Part shown: piece after piece, positions 35,758-50,100 of the stretch
How the letters are laid out: each line of letters begins with the position of its first letter
Numbering within the stretch: the first letter of the stretch is position 1
Notes under the pieces: generated by a model
The model's database searches: none
What the model was told of the DNA's origin: nothing
Seen by the model: the letters and a program-made list of their open reading frames with translations, nothing else
Position numbers and translations under genes: made by a program
DNA from: Macrostomum lignano
Lineage: Eukaryota
Direction of reading: 5' to 3'
DNA: 64,000 bases
NCBI GenBank assembly: GCA_002269645.1
Contig: NIVC01000827.1
Coordinates: 339,929 to 403,928 of the forward strand

Positions 35758-38700
35758 CCATTAGAAGAATCCGCCGCTTTCATCCAAGAGATTGATCCTT
35801 CAAAGCCTCTACCTGTTGATATTGAAGCTTTGCAAGCATTGAAATTTGAATCTGAGGATCCAGATGGTAAGAATTTTATTTTTTTTCTATTAGTTTTCTA
35901 CTACAGACAGAGACAGAGACAGAACATTTTTTAATCGGGCGTTTATGCACACACTGTGCTTTTGGGGTTGGTTGGTGCCATAATATTTGACAAACGGGTC
36001 AATAATTGCCACGGTCATTATATTTACCAAAGCTGACATAAACTTGCGCATTGCAGAATCCGCTCGCAGCTACAAAGAGGAGGGCAATTATCATTTCAAG
36101 CGTCGAGAATTTCAGTCGGCCAAGGAGAACTACACGGAAGGCCTGAAATCTGGCTGCAAAGATTCCGAAATGTTGGCAGTCTTGTACACCAACAGGGCTG
36201 CCGCCGACTTCCATCTGAAGAATTATGGTAGCTGTTATAAAGATTGCGCCAAGGCGAAGCAGCTTAAGCCTGATCATTACCGGTGAGAAACTGATTTTCT
36301 ATTTATGTTCTGTTCTGCTAAGTCTATGATATGTTCACTCTATCTATTCCGCATCTATCAACAATCTATCCCGCATCTATCAACAATCTATCGACCATCC
36401 ATTAACAATCTATATCTATAATCTATCAACAATCTATACCCCATCTATCCCGCATATATCAACAATGTATCCCACATCTATCAACAATCTATCCTTCATA
36501 TATCAACAATGTATCCTGAATCTATTAACAATCTATCGACCATCTATCAACAATCTATATCTATAATCTATCGACAATCTATCCCCTATCTATCCCGCAT
36601 CTATCAACAATCTATCGACCATCTATCAATAGTCTATATCTACAATCTATCAACAATCCATCCCGCATCTATCAACAATCCATCCCGCATCTATCAACAA
36701 TCCATCCCGCATCTATCAACAATCCATCCCGCATCTATCAACAATCCATCCCGCATCTATTAACAATCCATCCCGCATCTATTAACAATCCATCCCGCAT
36801 CTTCAACAATCCACCCCGCATCTATCAACAATCCATCCCGCATCTTCAACAATCCATCCCGCATCTATCAACAATCCATCCCGCATCTATCAACAATCCA
36901 TCCCGCATCTATCAACAATCCATCCCGCATCTATCAACAATCCATCCCGCATCTATCAACAATCCATCCCGCATCTATCAACAATCCATCCCGCATCTAT
37001 CAACAATCCACCCGCATCTATCAACAATCCATCCCGCATCTATCAACAATCCATCCCGCATCTATCAACAATCCATCCCGCATCTATCAACAATCTATCC
37101 CGCATCTATCAACAATCCATCCCGCATCTATCAACAATCCATCCCGCATCTATCAACAATCCATCCCGCATCTATTAACAATCCATCCCGCATCTTCAAC
37201 AATCCACCCCGCATCTATCAACAATCCATCCCGCATCTTCAACAATCCATCCCGCATCTATCAACAATCCATCCCGCATCTATCAACAATCCATCCCGCA
37301 TCTATCAACAATCCATCCCGCATCTATCAACAATCCATCCCGCATCTATCAACAATCCATCCCGCATCTATCAACAATCCATCCCGCATCTATCAACAAT
37401 CCACCCCGCATCTATCAACAATCCATCCCGCATCTATCAACAATCCATCCCGCATCTATCAACAATCCATCCCGCATCTATCAACAATCTATCCCGCATC
37501 TATCAACAATCCATCCCGCATCTATCAACAATCCATCCCGCATCTATCAACAATATATCCCGCATCTATCAACAATCTATCCCGCATCTATCAACAATCT
37601 ATCGACCATCTATCAACAATCTATATCTATAATCTATCAACAATCTATACCCCATCTATCCCGCATATATCAACAATGTATCCCGCATCTATCAACAATC
37701 TATCCCGCATCTATCAACAATCCATCCCGCATCTATCAACAATCCATCCCGCATCTATCAACAATCCATCCCGCATCTATCCAGAGCTCACGAGCGCGGC
37801 GCCCGAGCCCTACTGTCGTTGGAACGCCACGCCGACTGCGCCGCCTGGTGCGACGAAGCCCTCAGCCGGTGGGTCGCCGACCCGGAGCTTCTGCGCCTCT
37901 CCAGCCAGGCCCGCGCCGTCGCCGAGGCCAGCGCCGCCAAAGCGCGCCGCGAAGCCGCCGTTGGCAGGCGCGCCGAGCGCCAACTTGCCGGCGTGGCGGC
38001 CGCCCTCGCTCGCCGAGGCGTCCAAATCCGGCCGGGCACCGGGCGGCTGGAGATGCCCGACGATGCCAAAGTGGAGTTCGCGGCTGGCGACGCCGATGGC
38101 AACGGCGTGCTGCGCTATCCTGTGCTGCTGCTGTATCCTGAGTTTGGCCAGACTGATTTCCTGCGCGGAGTTGACGAGACAGCTAGCCTGGCTGAGGTTC
38201 GTGTTTCGATGGCTATTGTCTTGTTTACACCCATCAGCCCGTTGAAAACGATACCGTGACAAGAGTCGCTAAGAGTCATTTCAAACAGCTCACTAGTGAC
38301 TCTTGTAAGTCGGGCGACTCTTGTGACTTTTTAACAACTCAATCGCGTCACATGAGTTTTAGAATGGCCAGAGTCGCGAAAAAGCCGTCCAAGGATGCTG
38401 GCGTTTAACTTTCTACTAACTTAGTAGGCTAGTTAGAGTGCAATTAAAGTTCAGTAGGCTAAAACTGAGTGTTCATTACCCAATGAAAAGTCCAATAGAG
38501 TCGTTTCAGACGCGTTGCAGATGACACAGGTCAAATTAGAAAGAAGTGATTCTAAACGACTCTTAAAAACGACGAGATGTCCCAGTACAAGTCGCCAAAA
38601 AGTTCGCAGAAGAGGTGCTTTAGCGTCACTGTAAAATCGTTAGTGCATCACTTTTGAGTCGATGACCATGCATTTTCTATTCGCCCAGAAATGTCGATCC

Positions 38701-41700
38701 AGCAGTCTGTTTAAGGCCGATAGTAAGGACTCTGTAACGCGTCCAGAACGCCTCAGAAGTGACGCACTAACGATTGTACAGTGACGCAAAAGCGCTTATT
38801 CTGCGACTTTTTAGCGACTGCAGAACGCCGCTGAAACGCCGGAAATGTGGCTCTAATGCGACTCTACAACGCCTCGCTCAAATACGATCTTACGGCCCCA
38901 TAATCGTTACACCGTTGCCCCAGAGTCACTAGAGTCGCGCCAGAATCACTTGCGGCGCCCCAGAGTCGCAGACAAAACGCTTCAAAGCGACTATGGGACG
39001 CTTCTTGGCCTAGGTACCGTTTTCATCGGGCAGGGCTAATCCTCTTTTGAGGGCACGGAGAGTGTACATGTGTACATGCAACTTTTTAACAGTTTTGTCA
39101 TGAGCGCGTCACGTGAGTTTTACGAGCTAGAAATTATATACGAGTCCCGAAAGAACGACCAGGAATGGTTGTGCTGGCGCTTAACTTTTGCTAGATATGT
39201 GACTGATTCATCAACTTGCTTCAAACACAACCCAGTGACTCTATAGCTACTCTGGCACGCCTCAGATACGACTCCACCGCCTCAGAGTGGTTTCAGAGTC
39301 GCCAGGCAATAAGACACCTTAAATTCACTGTTAGGCGACTTTTTGACGACTTTTGGCGACTTTTACCGTGACTTCTCATCGTTTTAAAGTCGTCTAATAG
39401 AGTCACTTCTTTCCTAATTTACCTGTGTCATCTGCAACGACTCTGGGGCGGCGCAAGTGCCAGAGTGAGACGCTTCTTGGCCAGTGTTGCCACTGAGCAT
39501 TGTGACAAAAAAACGCTGACAGAAAAAAATAACACAGGGCATTTTCATCGTAGATATTACTAATATATTGTAACACCAATGATTAACAACAACGATAACA
39601 GTTGAAGACCAACCCCACCTAAAAATACCAAAGTGATAATTAACCAGTAAAGAGACTGAATAACAATTGGAATGACAACTCCTTTTCAATGTTCAATGTT
39701 CAATAGTGTAGCAGTCATAGTATGAGCGTAGTGAGTAGTCAATTTTTTTCTTTTTCGGAACATTCGGGAGACGAACAAGCGAAGCATGCTCCGCCTGTCG
39801 TTTCAATCTGGCAGCTTCCTCGGCTGTGCGTTGGATGACATTGTCCATGGCACGCTGTTCGATTACCAGCCGATCCGATGCAAATTGTGTCAGGCGCACA
39901 GCAACGTCCTGGTATTTTCCTTGCGCCTTGCGCAACCTCTCAATCGCTAGCTGAACTTCTCTTTCAGCCTCAAGGCACTCTGCAGCTGTTGCAGCCTTTT
40001 TAGCGACCTGTTTTTTTTGTTCTTCAGCAAGGCGCTCCAATGCAGTTTTTCGTTCGGCATCCTGTAGTTTTGTAGGGAGAAATAATAAATAAAAGGGATT
40101 ACTGCAAATCTTAGAAGTTAGCTCACTTAATTATTACCTTTTCAGCTTCTAGTCGCATTTTCTCCTGTTCCGCCTCAGCTGATTTACGAATAGCCGCCAG
40201 CTCATTTGCCTTCTTTTCGGCAGCCATATGCTGCTTGTATTGTGAGCTTGCCTTTAAAGCGGCCTGGATGAGCTCCTCGGGAATTGGCACATTTTTCGGC
40301 TTGAAGCTCCGAGCGCACAGAAAGCTGCGTGCCAAGAGTGAGTCGCGAAGTCTTTCGTCCGAGAGCCGATTTCGCTTTGAATTAACGCTAACATCATGCG
40401 ACTTTCCAATAAACCGCTCCGCATCTGCGTTCCCGTGAAATAGAGTACAGCACGCAGATGCAAGACGAGAAAGACGCGGGTACTTTCCTGTGTCTGCAGC
40501 CTTCCTCCAACCGCAGGCGATGTCACGATTGTCAGGCAAGAGGAGCTCACCACTTTTGGTTCGCAGATTCAGTAGCCTGACCTCAGAGGAAGCTTTTTGG
40601 CGATAAAAGTCACAGAATCTTCCTCAATTTCCCTTGAGAAGTCAAGGAACTTCATACTTCGCAGAATTTTCTTCTTCAGGGGCAGCTTTTCCTGCAAGTA
40701 TGCTGCCACCGCAATGTAAAATTGTTTAAAGCGATAAATGAGTGGCTTCTGCCGATCTTGCAGATTGTTTTGCTGCCCAATGGCAATACTAGACATAGGC
40801 AAGTGCAGGCTTTGGTTTTTGAAGTCAACGGAGACAACAGATTTTCTCTCGAAGGCAGATGGCTGCATAAACTGAATAGCTATCGACTCCAGAAGGGCGA
40901 TCAGCTCAGCATGCGATCGATGAATAAGAACTGTGCAGCTTTCTTGAAATGCGCTCTCAAAGCGGCTAGCAAGCTTCAGGGCGTGGATCGCAAAGCGTAC
41001 GCAAACTATGGTGTCTGGGTCTTGAAAGGCAGATCGGAGTCTTCGCATGCGCTTCGAATCGTCTGTGGACTGCGAAAGAAAAGCTGTCAGAGGAATCCAC
41101 TGTTCGATTATTCGCTCCAAACAGGGCAATAGAATTAGCCATCTTAACTCGACATTCCGCTTGAAAGCAAGTTGTGCAACGCCAATTTCTTGTTGGAGAG
41201 CCTTAAACTCTTTTCTGCGAGTGATGCTTCTGCTGAAACAAGCAAAAATGTCGTCGGCAAGATCGGAAACTTCCGAAAGATGGTTGTCACAAGCTTTGCG
41301 ATATGCGTTTGCAACAGTGTGGAGAGTGCAGCTTCCTACATCAATGAGATGCTCAAGCTCAGGAGTTTCACGTAGGATGGCACCAACTCCGGCATGTTCA
41401 CCAATCATTACGCTACACCCATCAGAAAAATTGCCAATCCACTTAGACAACGGCAGCTTGCTGTCCATTACACACTGACGAATAGCCTGAGCACATGAAG
41501 CAGCATCGAGACGTTCCAGTGGAAGTTGGTCAAGCATTTCAACCACGACTTTGCCCTCAGAGTTCAAATACCGCACGCAAATCATCATGAGACCATCACT
41601 CTCATCATAACTGATTGAATAGAAGCCAAATGATGACTCCACCTCCATGGCTTCTGCGCCCACAATTGACTCTGTTATTTGCTGCTTTTACATAGGGGAC

Positions 41701-44114
41701 AATAGCAAAAGTCAGCAAGTAGGCTTGCTTGGTGCGGCCACAAGAAAAGCCTGCTGCAATTTTTGAGTCTGGAAACATGGCTCTGAATAAATCAGGCGTT
41801 TCGTCTTCAGTGTTGAAGCTTTTCGACTTATACGCAGAGTTCCATACCCAGCGAATTTCAGCTAAGGTATTTTGCGCCGATTTGTTATCATTAGCAGATG
41901 AAGCACTATGCTTTGTGAAGAAAGCTGAGATTGATTTCTGCTGAAGTGCTGCAGCAGCATTCGACTCGTGAATTTTGGCTTTCATGTGCTGCTTGATTGC
42001 ACCAATGCCTCCACTTCCAACAAAAATTGGTCGATCGCACACATTGCAATATCCGTCAGTGTCAGAGTTGCCCTTTGTTAGCCATTTCTCGGCATTCAAA
42101 GTGGTAATCCAACTACTGGTAGGATCAAAGTTGGTCTGCCGAATGCGTTTAGAGTCAGTTGACTCAATGTTCGTGCTCATGCCTGCAGAGTCACTTTTTG
42201 TCTTTGCTGAGCTATTTGTGAATCAGTTAATCACTGGAATGCAAAATAAAAACAAAATAAAATGTTATAAATGTGTTTAAATTGTATGAAAAAAGATAAA
42301 TGATGAGAAACAATAAGACAATGTCATATTTTCAAGAATGGAGCTAAAATTACTGTTTATTTTAGTCTTTTTACTAATAAATACAGTAAAAATTTTAGGG
42401 TCATAATTATTCATTGAAAAAACGCCAGAAAAAGGAATTCAGCAAATAAAAACACAAAACGCCAAAAAACGCCAGTGTTAAAAAACGCCAAGAGTGGCAA
42501 CACTGTTCTTGGCTAAGGTACCGTTTGCATCGGCTAATCCATGGTTTTTGTGCATGGGTTAGCGTGGGGTAATCAACATCAATTATTCTGGTCGAATAGT
42601 CTCTGCAGTGTAACATGACAGTGATCCGAGTCAAAGACGACTTCAGTAAAACTGCACTTCTACGGCTATCATTGATTTTAGTATTTTACTGCAGTATTTA
42701 ACTGCCTGTTTACTGGGCATTAAGCGCTCACTGGATTTCCTTACCCACCTCTGGCAGCTCGTCTTAATCAGCCGCTGCTTGGAATCTGGCAGCACTCTGT
42801 ATGGCTTACATACCAGCAGAACAGTACTGTAAATTGTACAGTAGCTTTTCGCAAAACGATCTGTAAACTTGCAGAATTCTAAACTGCAAATTGCGCATAC
42901 GCGTGAGACCACAAATAATTAGCGTAAATTAAGTCGAAGAGCAGATTGGCATGTGATGTAAGTACATAATAGATAAATAGCAGATGAAAATGTTTTTCCT
43001 TTAACTTTTAACACTTTAAACTTTATTTAGCTTGGCAAACTCAGAGAACGCAAAAAAACACAAAACAACAGAACATGTTAAACAGCATTGGAAAACGTTG
43101 GAAAATGGTACTTAGAAATGAGAAAAATGTGTAAAAAGGTAAGCAAAATAGCAGACAGAAGAAGCTAAAATTTTCGCCTTAGCCATGAGAATACCCATGT
43201 CAATACCTTAAAGGCGACCAACCAAGGAGCTTCAGTGTGGAGGTGGTACCCCACCTACCCTACAGTCCTAACTTGCCCCCTACGACTTCTAGCTGTTCCT
43301 CAACATAAAGAACTTGAAGAAACTGCCTACAAGAACGACTCCAAGGTCAAGTAGGCAGTCGTCCGGGTATTCAACGCCATGTCCAAGAAGGAATTCGCCA
43401 CGGCCATCCACAAGTAGTGGAAGATGCGGTGGTTGATGAACAAGGAGAAAAAATGTCCGTAAAAAACTGTAAAAAACTCCGTAAAAAGTGTTGTTCGTAA
43501 AAACACCAATAAGAAAATGCGATAAAATAGTGAGGCAGTGTTTCCTTCTGTAAATAAGTATGAAACTAGAATTCAAATTAGCGCGAACAATCTTCCCACA
43601 CGCTTTTTCTACAATCGTTATCCATTCACGCAACTTTAGGTGTTCGTTGCGCTTGCGCGCGCTCAGAATCATTCAACCATGCCAGACTCCCACCCCATGT
43701 TTTATTATAGAGAAAGAGCTTTGTGGAGAGAAAAGCAACCATTCCCTTCCCCGATAGCAATATGTCCTTGCCTAGCCTTTCTTGGCTCATTTTACCTAGC
43801 CAGATTTAATAAACGTTTTGTCCAATCTACCTATTAATACCTGAGTTCCTCTGTTATTTCTCAGTTTAGAAAGATCTGCCAAATCCCTTTACATTCCTGC
43901 ACCACTCCCCGGCGAAATCATCCATCAGCCTTAGCCACCCGAATTTACTCGCTTCTACAATCCTCCCTTAACTCCCAAACGCCCTGTAAACCCTACCTGA
44001 AGTCCACCAGAAGTTACTCTGAAACTCACCTGAAGCCCCATGAAAGTCACCTTAAGCTTAGGAATCCACCTGAAGTGTCCTAATTCCCTATGAAATCGTG
44101 CTAATCCCCGTTCC

Positions 44115-44174
<60 letters not shown>

Positions 44175-47100
44175 AGGGCTTTCACCAGGCAACTTCAATC
44201 CATCCTGATACGCCCCACGGCTGCGTGACTAAAATCGGTAACCTTAGCCCTCGTGCCAGTAGAAATACCCCCCCCCGTCACCATTAGTCGTAGCTAGTGT
44301 CTTGCCTACCTACATTAGCGCTGCCAAGGTACGACCCGCATTGCGAGGAAGTCACCTATCCCCACCCTAAAGTACGCTACCAGATCACAACTCACACTCC
44401 TCCACCTAGATACAATTTCGAAATATCCAGCAGAAAATTAGACGGAGTTGATAGGGCTGTTACAATAGCGAGGGCAAGTGCAGAAATGCGTAGACAATAT
44501 ATCTAGATTATTAATGTAATGTATTAGAGAATACGCTGCTTCACATCACTTCTTTCGCGGCTGACCACCTTCCTGGTTGGAGTTGGCAGATGACACAAAA
44601 GTAACAACTTTGGCCGTATCCTTCGTGAATACTTGACGCAAGCAATTTCGGGCAGTCTCCCCAGCGCTGAGCCCTACATGTCTCTCCAACAGGCTCTTCA
44701 GCAACTTTCTGTTATCAGGAGTGGAAGCCCACTCCTCTGCACGCTCCATCTCTGGTAGGGATGTTGCTGGCAGCTTCACATCATCTGGCAGCTCGTCTAA
44801 ATCAGTCGCTGTTTGGAATCTGGCAGCACTCTGTATGGCTTGCAAAATCCGCGTCTGCACTTTGTTTTGAGCAATCACTTGGATCACAAAGTCACGGAGC
44901 TCTCGAATCTCCGCTTGACAAGAGCACGAGCAGCTACCAGTTGCAGCACCTGCAGGTAGTCCTTGATGATGTTCAGTTGGGCTGCTGCTTGTGCCCGCGA
45001 GCTGTGCGACGCCAGCCGTAGTAGCACAATTTGCTGAAGTCGCATACGCACATGACAGAGTCCCTTCTTCAGAGAGGTTTACTATGTTATAAACTGCAGG
45101 CTCAGATTCTGGATCTAAAACACTGGCACGTAGGTCGAATTGACCTGCCATTGGATAGGGCGGGGCATGGACACCGATTACTTTCCCAGTTGTTACTTCC
45201 TGATTGTAGTCGCGCCTGCAGCGCGGAGCTCCGCCGTTGCATCAGAAACATCGGATTCAGTTTGTATATGGGCTGGGAAAGTGCATCTAGCGTTAGAACT
45301 CCTGAACCTCTGGCGAAAGAACTTCAGCATATCGGCTACCTTTGCCTCTTTTTCATAGCGCAGAGACCTCGCCTGCTTTAAAGATGCAGCGAGGCTATCA
45401 TGCGAGTGTGCGATCTGCAGGACCACACCCTCAGCCCTCCAATCAGAAGTAGTGCAGATCACAGATACTTCTTCGTCACAGTTGTTGTTCCACTCATCAG
45501 GAGTCCAGTTTTTGCAGCGATCCGGCAAATCAAGCATAACTATTGGTGCGATAAAAAAGCTTTGGTCTGTGCGAAAAAAAGCAGAAAGTGTGTATTTTCC
45601 ATCGCGCTTCAAGCAGTTGGCTGCAATTGTGCAAATGCGAAATGGCGTACATTTTCCCTAGTCAAGTTGAATTGGGAAAAATACTTGTTCATTGTCGACG
45701 GTGGGTAGGCACATATAAAAAAATCGTACAGCTTTTACAGGCACAAAGTGAATACAATCTTCCTCTCTAAATTTCGAATTGTCCCCTTGATGTCTTAGCT
45801 TACGAAAAAATAAAGAAAAGATTCCTAGTTCTGATGAAACTACAGAGTACTCATAGGCATCCTTTGCTAAATCCAGTTGCAATTTCTTTGCAGACAAAAT
45901 GCTTTCCGATTCAGTTCTAATTACTACTTTAAGTCGATAGATTTCTTTAAACGATATCGCAAAAAAACTGTCCATGCTGGTCTTTGCAGCACACTCTTAC
46001 GTTGTCAAATGTAATTGACTTGAATAGCGAAGCCGATCGCATTTCGTCGGGCAAAAAATTCAGGGCGAAGCGCACTTGTTTTTAATTCTTATTGATGTTT
46101 TATCACTGCTTCTTGACAACCTGCTCGTTCTAACCAAGTTTCTAACCTGCTGTGCTGAAAGGTAGGGAGACTTAATTGCCTTCTTTAGGAGCAAAAAAAA
46201 GTTTTCGAATGGAAAAGCACTCATTGGATGAAGTGAGAGCTTGTGGTTCTTGACATCATCAGGCACATGTGCCAGGCTGTGAACGTTAATAGAAAAGAAA
46301 CTAGCACCATAAATAATGCGCGAATGCCTCAGAAATTCGTCTATGCACTTCTTTGCCAAGTCCAAGTGTGTCACACAAAGGACGCTGTCTGAAAGAACGA
46401 AGAATGCAACATGCAGAAGCAGGAAGTTGCAAAAAGTGGCATCAGACAAGCTTCCTTCAAAAACCACTACTCCAGTGAACTTAAGTAACAAAGCGAATTC
46501 CGTTCCTTGAATTTGTTTACGAATTGCAAACTACGTGCCTTTTGACTAAAGCAGTTCTTCACTGATTCCATGCTACGCTGCAGCTTTCTATTTATAGTGC
46601 GAATAACTAATGAAGGGAGGCGGCATGCCACAGAACCTTGGCTAATCCAGAAGTTGAGTGTCCTACGCATTACACCTAAAAGTATTAGATGCATGGGATC
46701 CAAAATAAAATCTTCACCATGTCGACTTTAAGTTCCTCTAGAATGGATACCCCATTGTGATGTTATTGGTCAGTCTTATCTCGAAAATTCTTGTATGTGC
46801 GAGCATGTGCCGTCAATTCATCGAAAATGACTGTCCGACGGTCATGTTCATAGAAACCTTCAACCTCGCACCGCTCAACACGCAGAATAGCCTGTGTGAC
46901 ATTTTGTGCACTTGAAAAGTGCGCGTGCAGGTGTGTCGCAGATAAAGATAACCTTGACATTGGACAAATGGATGTCATGAAGAACAAGAGACTTTGATTC
47001 ACAAATGGGTTTTAGTTCATCTACAAAAGATCGCAAGAAGCTACTAGGATCAGGCTTGCATGAACCGGAATAGAATTGCACCAAAATTGGTTCTTCTTTG

Positions 47101-50100
47101 ATAGGATACAACTGCATTAATATTGTCCACGTGTGCTTGTCTCTACTTGAATGCAGGTCTACCCCATCAAAGTGAAACTTCAGTATCAGTCCTGACTTCA
47201 TGTGATCAGAAAGTTCATTACTTCTTAGCTCCCGCTCAAGAGACTGAAGAATAGTAAAATTGTGTTGCGAATATTCTGCCCTAATGTCTGACACAATTTC
47301 ACCTTGAAATGGTGCATGTCGTGACAAGAGTGTCTCGATACTCAGTGGAAGATTCACATGGAACTTTCTTAACTCAGACAGCAGGTCATTGCATGCTGTC
47401 TTTGATACAGACGGGTTCCTTCTAAACCAGCTAACTATTGCTAATTCAAAATCGTCCCTAGTACAATCAGTCTCAACACTATCCAAAGAAGATGACTTGC
47501 TAATGCAATCAGGATATGCTTTAGTTCCAATGTCAGAATTGTCGCTTTCATTTGCCCCATCTGGTGCACAAAAGTTCATTGGCTTCTTCCATTGGTGAAC
47601 TATGTTTTATCTCATACTCATTATAGGCGCTAGAGCCACTAGTAGATTCAACTCCCTGGTATCTACTGGTATTTTGGGACGGTTCATTTTCTTCTGGGCT
47701 ACCTTGCAGTCCACGTGTTTTTATTTCTTGTCTTTCATAATAGGTCTTGTCCCAAAGCTGCCGTTTCATTTTTGCTGAAAGGTTAGAGAATGATTGCTAG
47801 ATTCCCATACAATGTTGAAAATTATGATTAGCTAGCTCAATTAGTAGAGCATCTACCACTGTTACAAGTAGCAAAATTGGGCTTGATTTTCAAGAATAGA
47901 AATATAGATAAGAATTTGCTATGACCCTCTAGTCCTGAAAGACAGGATAATAAACTAGAGCCTTGATAAGTAAGCCACTTAAGCCACAGAAACCACTACC
48001 AAACAGCTACCCTAACACTGCCAATTAACATTTACTACATGCTACTTGGTAAGTACACAAAAGAGAATAAGCAGACGATAGAATTAGAGGGAATTTAGTA
48101 AGTTACCCATAGATAAAATGGCCCTTTTAAGGGACATTTTTTGTCAAATGCTACTAGGAAGTGAGAGGAAACTAGTAATACTTAGGTAGGAAGTAATTTA
48201 AATAATCAGTTATATTGAGATAGTAATAACCTGCAGAAGAAAACCCTGTAACACTTTAGTCAAACTAGTTATGATTAGGTATCAACACATACTATCTTTC
48301 TTAGACAATGGCTTTATATATACACAACTACAGGAAGCCAACTCCATATTTCTAAACTAGAATGAGAGTACAATATGGCTTGTAGAAGTATTAGCAATTG
48401 TTATGATTTGTGTTTTTGCTACTTTATATAGCTAAATAGCTATATCGCTATATATAGCAGAGCTAGTTGCAATTTCATTTCAAAGTGACTAATCATGATT
48501 TTTAACTGCCAATAAATGAATCGATTTTTTACCCATTTAGGCTTGGTAAGCCAACTTAGAATCTAACATTATTTGATAGACTAGCACTTTTATCTTCTAG
48601 AAACTATTTTATCTAATTTTTAAGGTAATAAATGTTTTTGCCATTATATCTTATATTACTAACGAACTGAACAAACACCTTTGTTGCCTAATATAAAATG
48701 AATATATTCATAAAATTATAGCTAAAAGCTGTTTTGCCTTGGACTAATGTAGAATAATTAAAGCTATATATATTTATACTAATAGTATATGGTTTAGAAA
48801 GTATATAATGTATATAGTGTAGAAAACTAAAGTATATTTTGACTAATTATGATGAAATTTAGGGCTAACATAAGTCTAAAACACTTTTAAATCAAAAGTT
48901 TATTATATATAACAGCTCTTTGCAAAACACAAAGATGTTATTTTTGTTGGTCCAAAATATTTAGGTTAATTGTGAAACCTCTTAGTGCAAAGGAAGGTTA
49001 AAAAAACAAAAAATGACTAGTAATAAAGTAAAAAGGATAAGTGACAATTTATCATTATTTTGAGAATTGCTCTACTATATTTCAAATCATAGACTACATA
49101 CTTCAGGAGCAAATTATCTACTTTTTTCCTATCTTAAAACAGTACTATTAATTAATTATAATACATAAAAAACAATATATAGTTATTAATATAAATTGCA
49201 ATACTAAGCTTCTAAAATGCATAGTACTCTATAGATAATATAGACTTATATTATTAATTTATAGGCCTAAGGTATATTATAATTTCTACAATAAAAGCTT
49301 TTTGTCCCTGGCCATAATTTGGCTATGCCTACTCAAATTTCTTTCTAATTTGATCCACTGATTCATCAATTTGTCTATATCTTTCAACCCAGCGAACCTA
49401 GCCTAACTACCCAGCTAGCAGTTAGATATCAATATGATAAACCAAGAAGCTAATTCCATTGCAATGGTCATGTGGTGATATGCTACGACAGGCTGCAGAT
49501 GTTATAACATGTTACAAAACAGTAAAGTATTTTAAATTAAATTCATTCACTAGGCCTATGTTAGGCCTATTGTTCTTTGCGATTCTTGCAGTTTTATTTG
49601 TTTCGTATCAACGTCCTGCATAGCCAAAAATATCCAGCAGAAGATGGACATTGATTGCAGAAGATAATAAAATCACAAATTAGTTTTAATCGACTGTCTT
49701 TCATGTCTGCCAAATCTGCCATGCCCATGATATCGGTTCTTAAATATTAAACTTTCATGTGAGGTGGGGGCGGAGAAAGTTTTGTTTGGAAATTGGTCGG
49801 TTACTGTCACCAGTGAGGTGGGGTGGATTCCACGTTTGAATTCCCGCCGGCGTTGCGTTCGCACGAATAAATCCAGAAAATCGCGCAGACGAATCACAAC
49901 GAATTTCTTTCTCCTGTTTTACTCCGACTGTCCTCAAGTTCCGGGGGGAGGTTAGTCGTAATCGTAGCGGAGCGGTCGTTAGCGGCACGGTCGTTCAAAT
50001 AGTAGACGCCGGAGATTCTGATACCGAAAACTAATGCGTCGAGTTGCTGAGCTTATTACTCTCAGTAGTGTAGAGCTGCCACCACCGTAATTTACGTATT

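Noticed and set aside
38197-38259. TTC4 ending at the stop at 38259
   Set aside because: A GT donor at 38197 and a phase-compatible homologous C-terminal exon at 51194 explain the missing domain.
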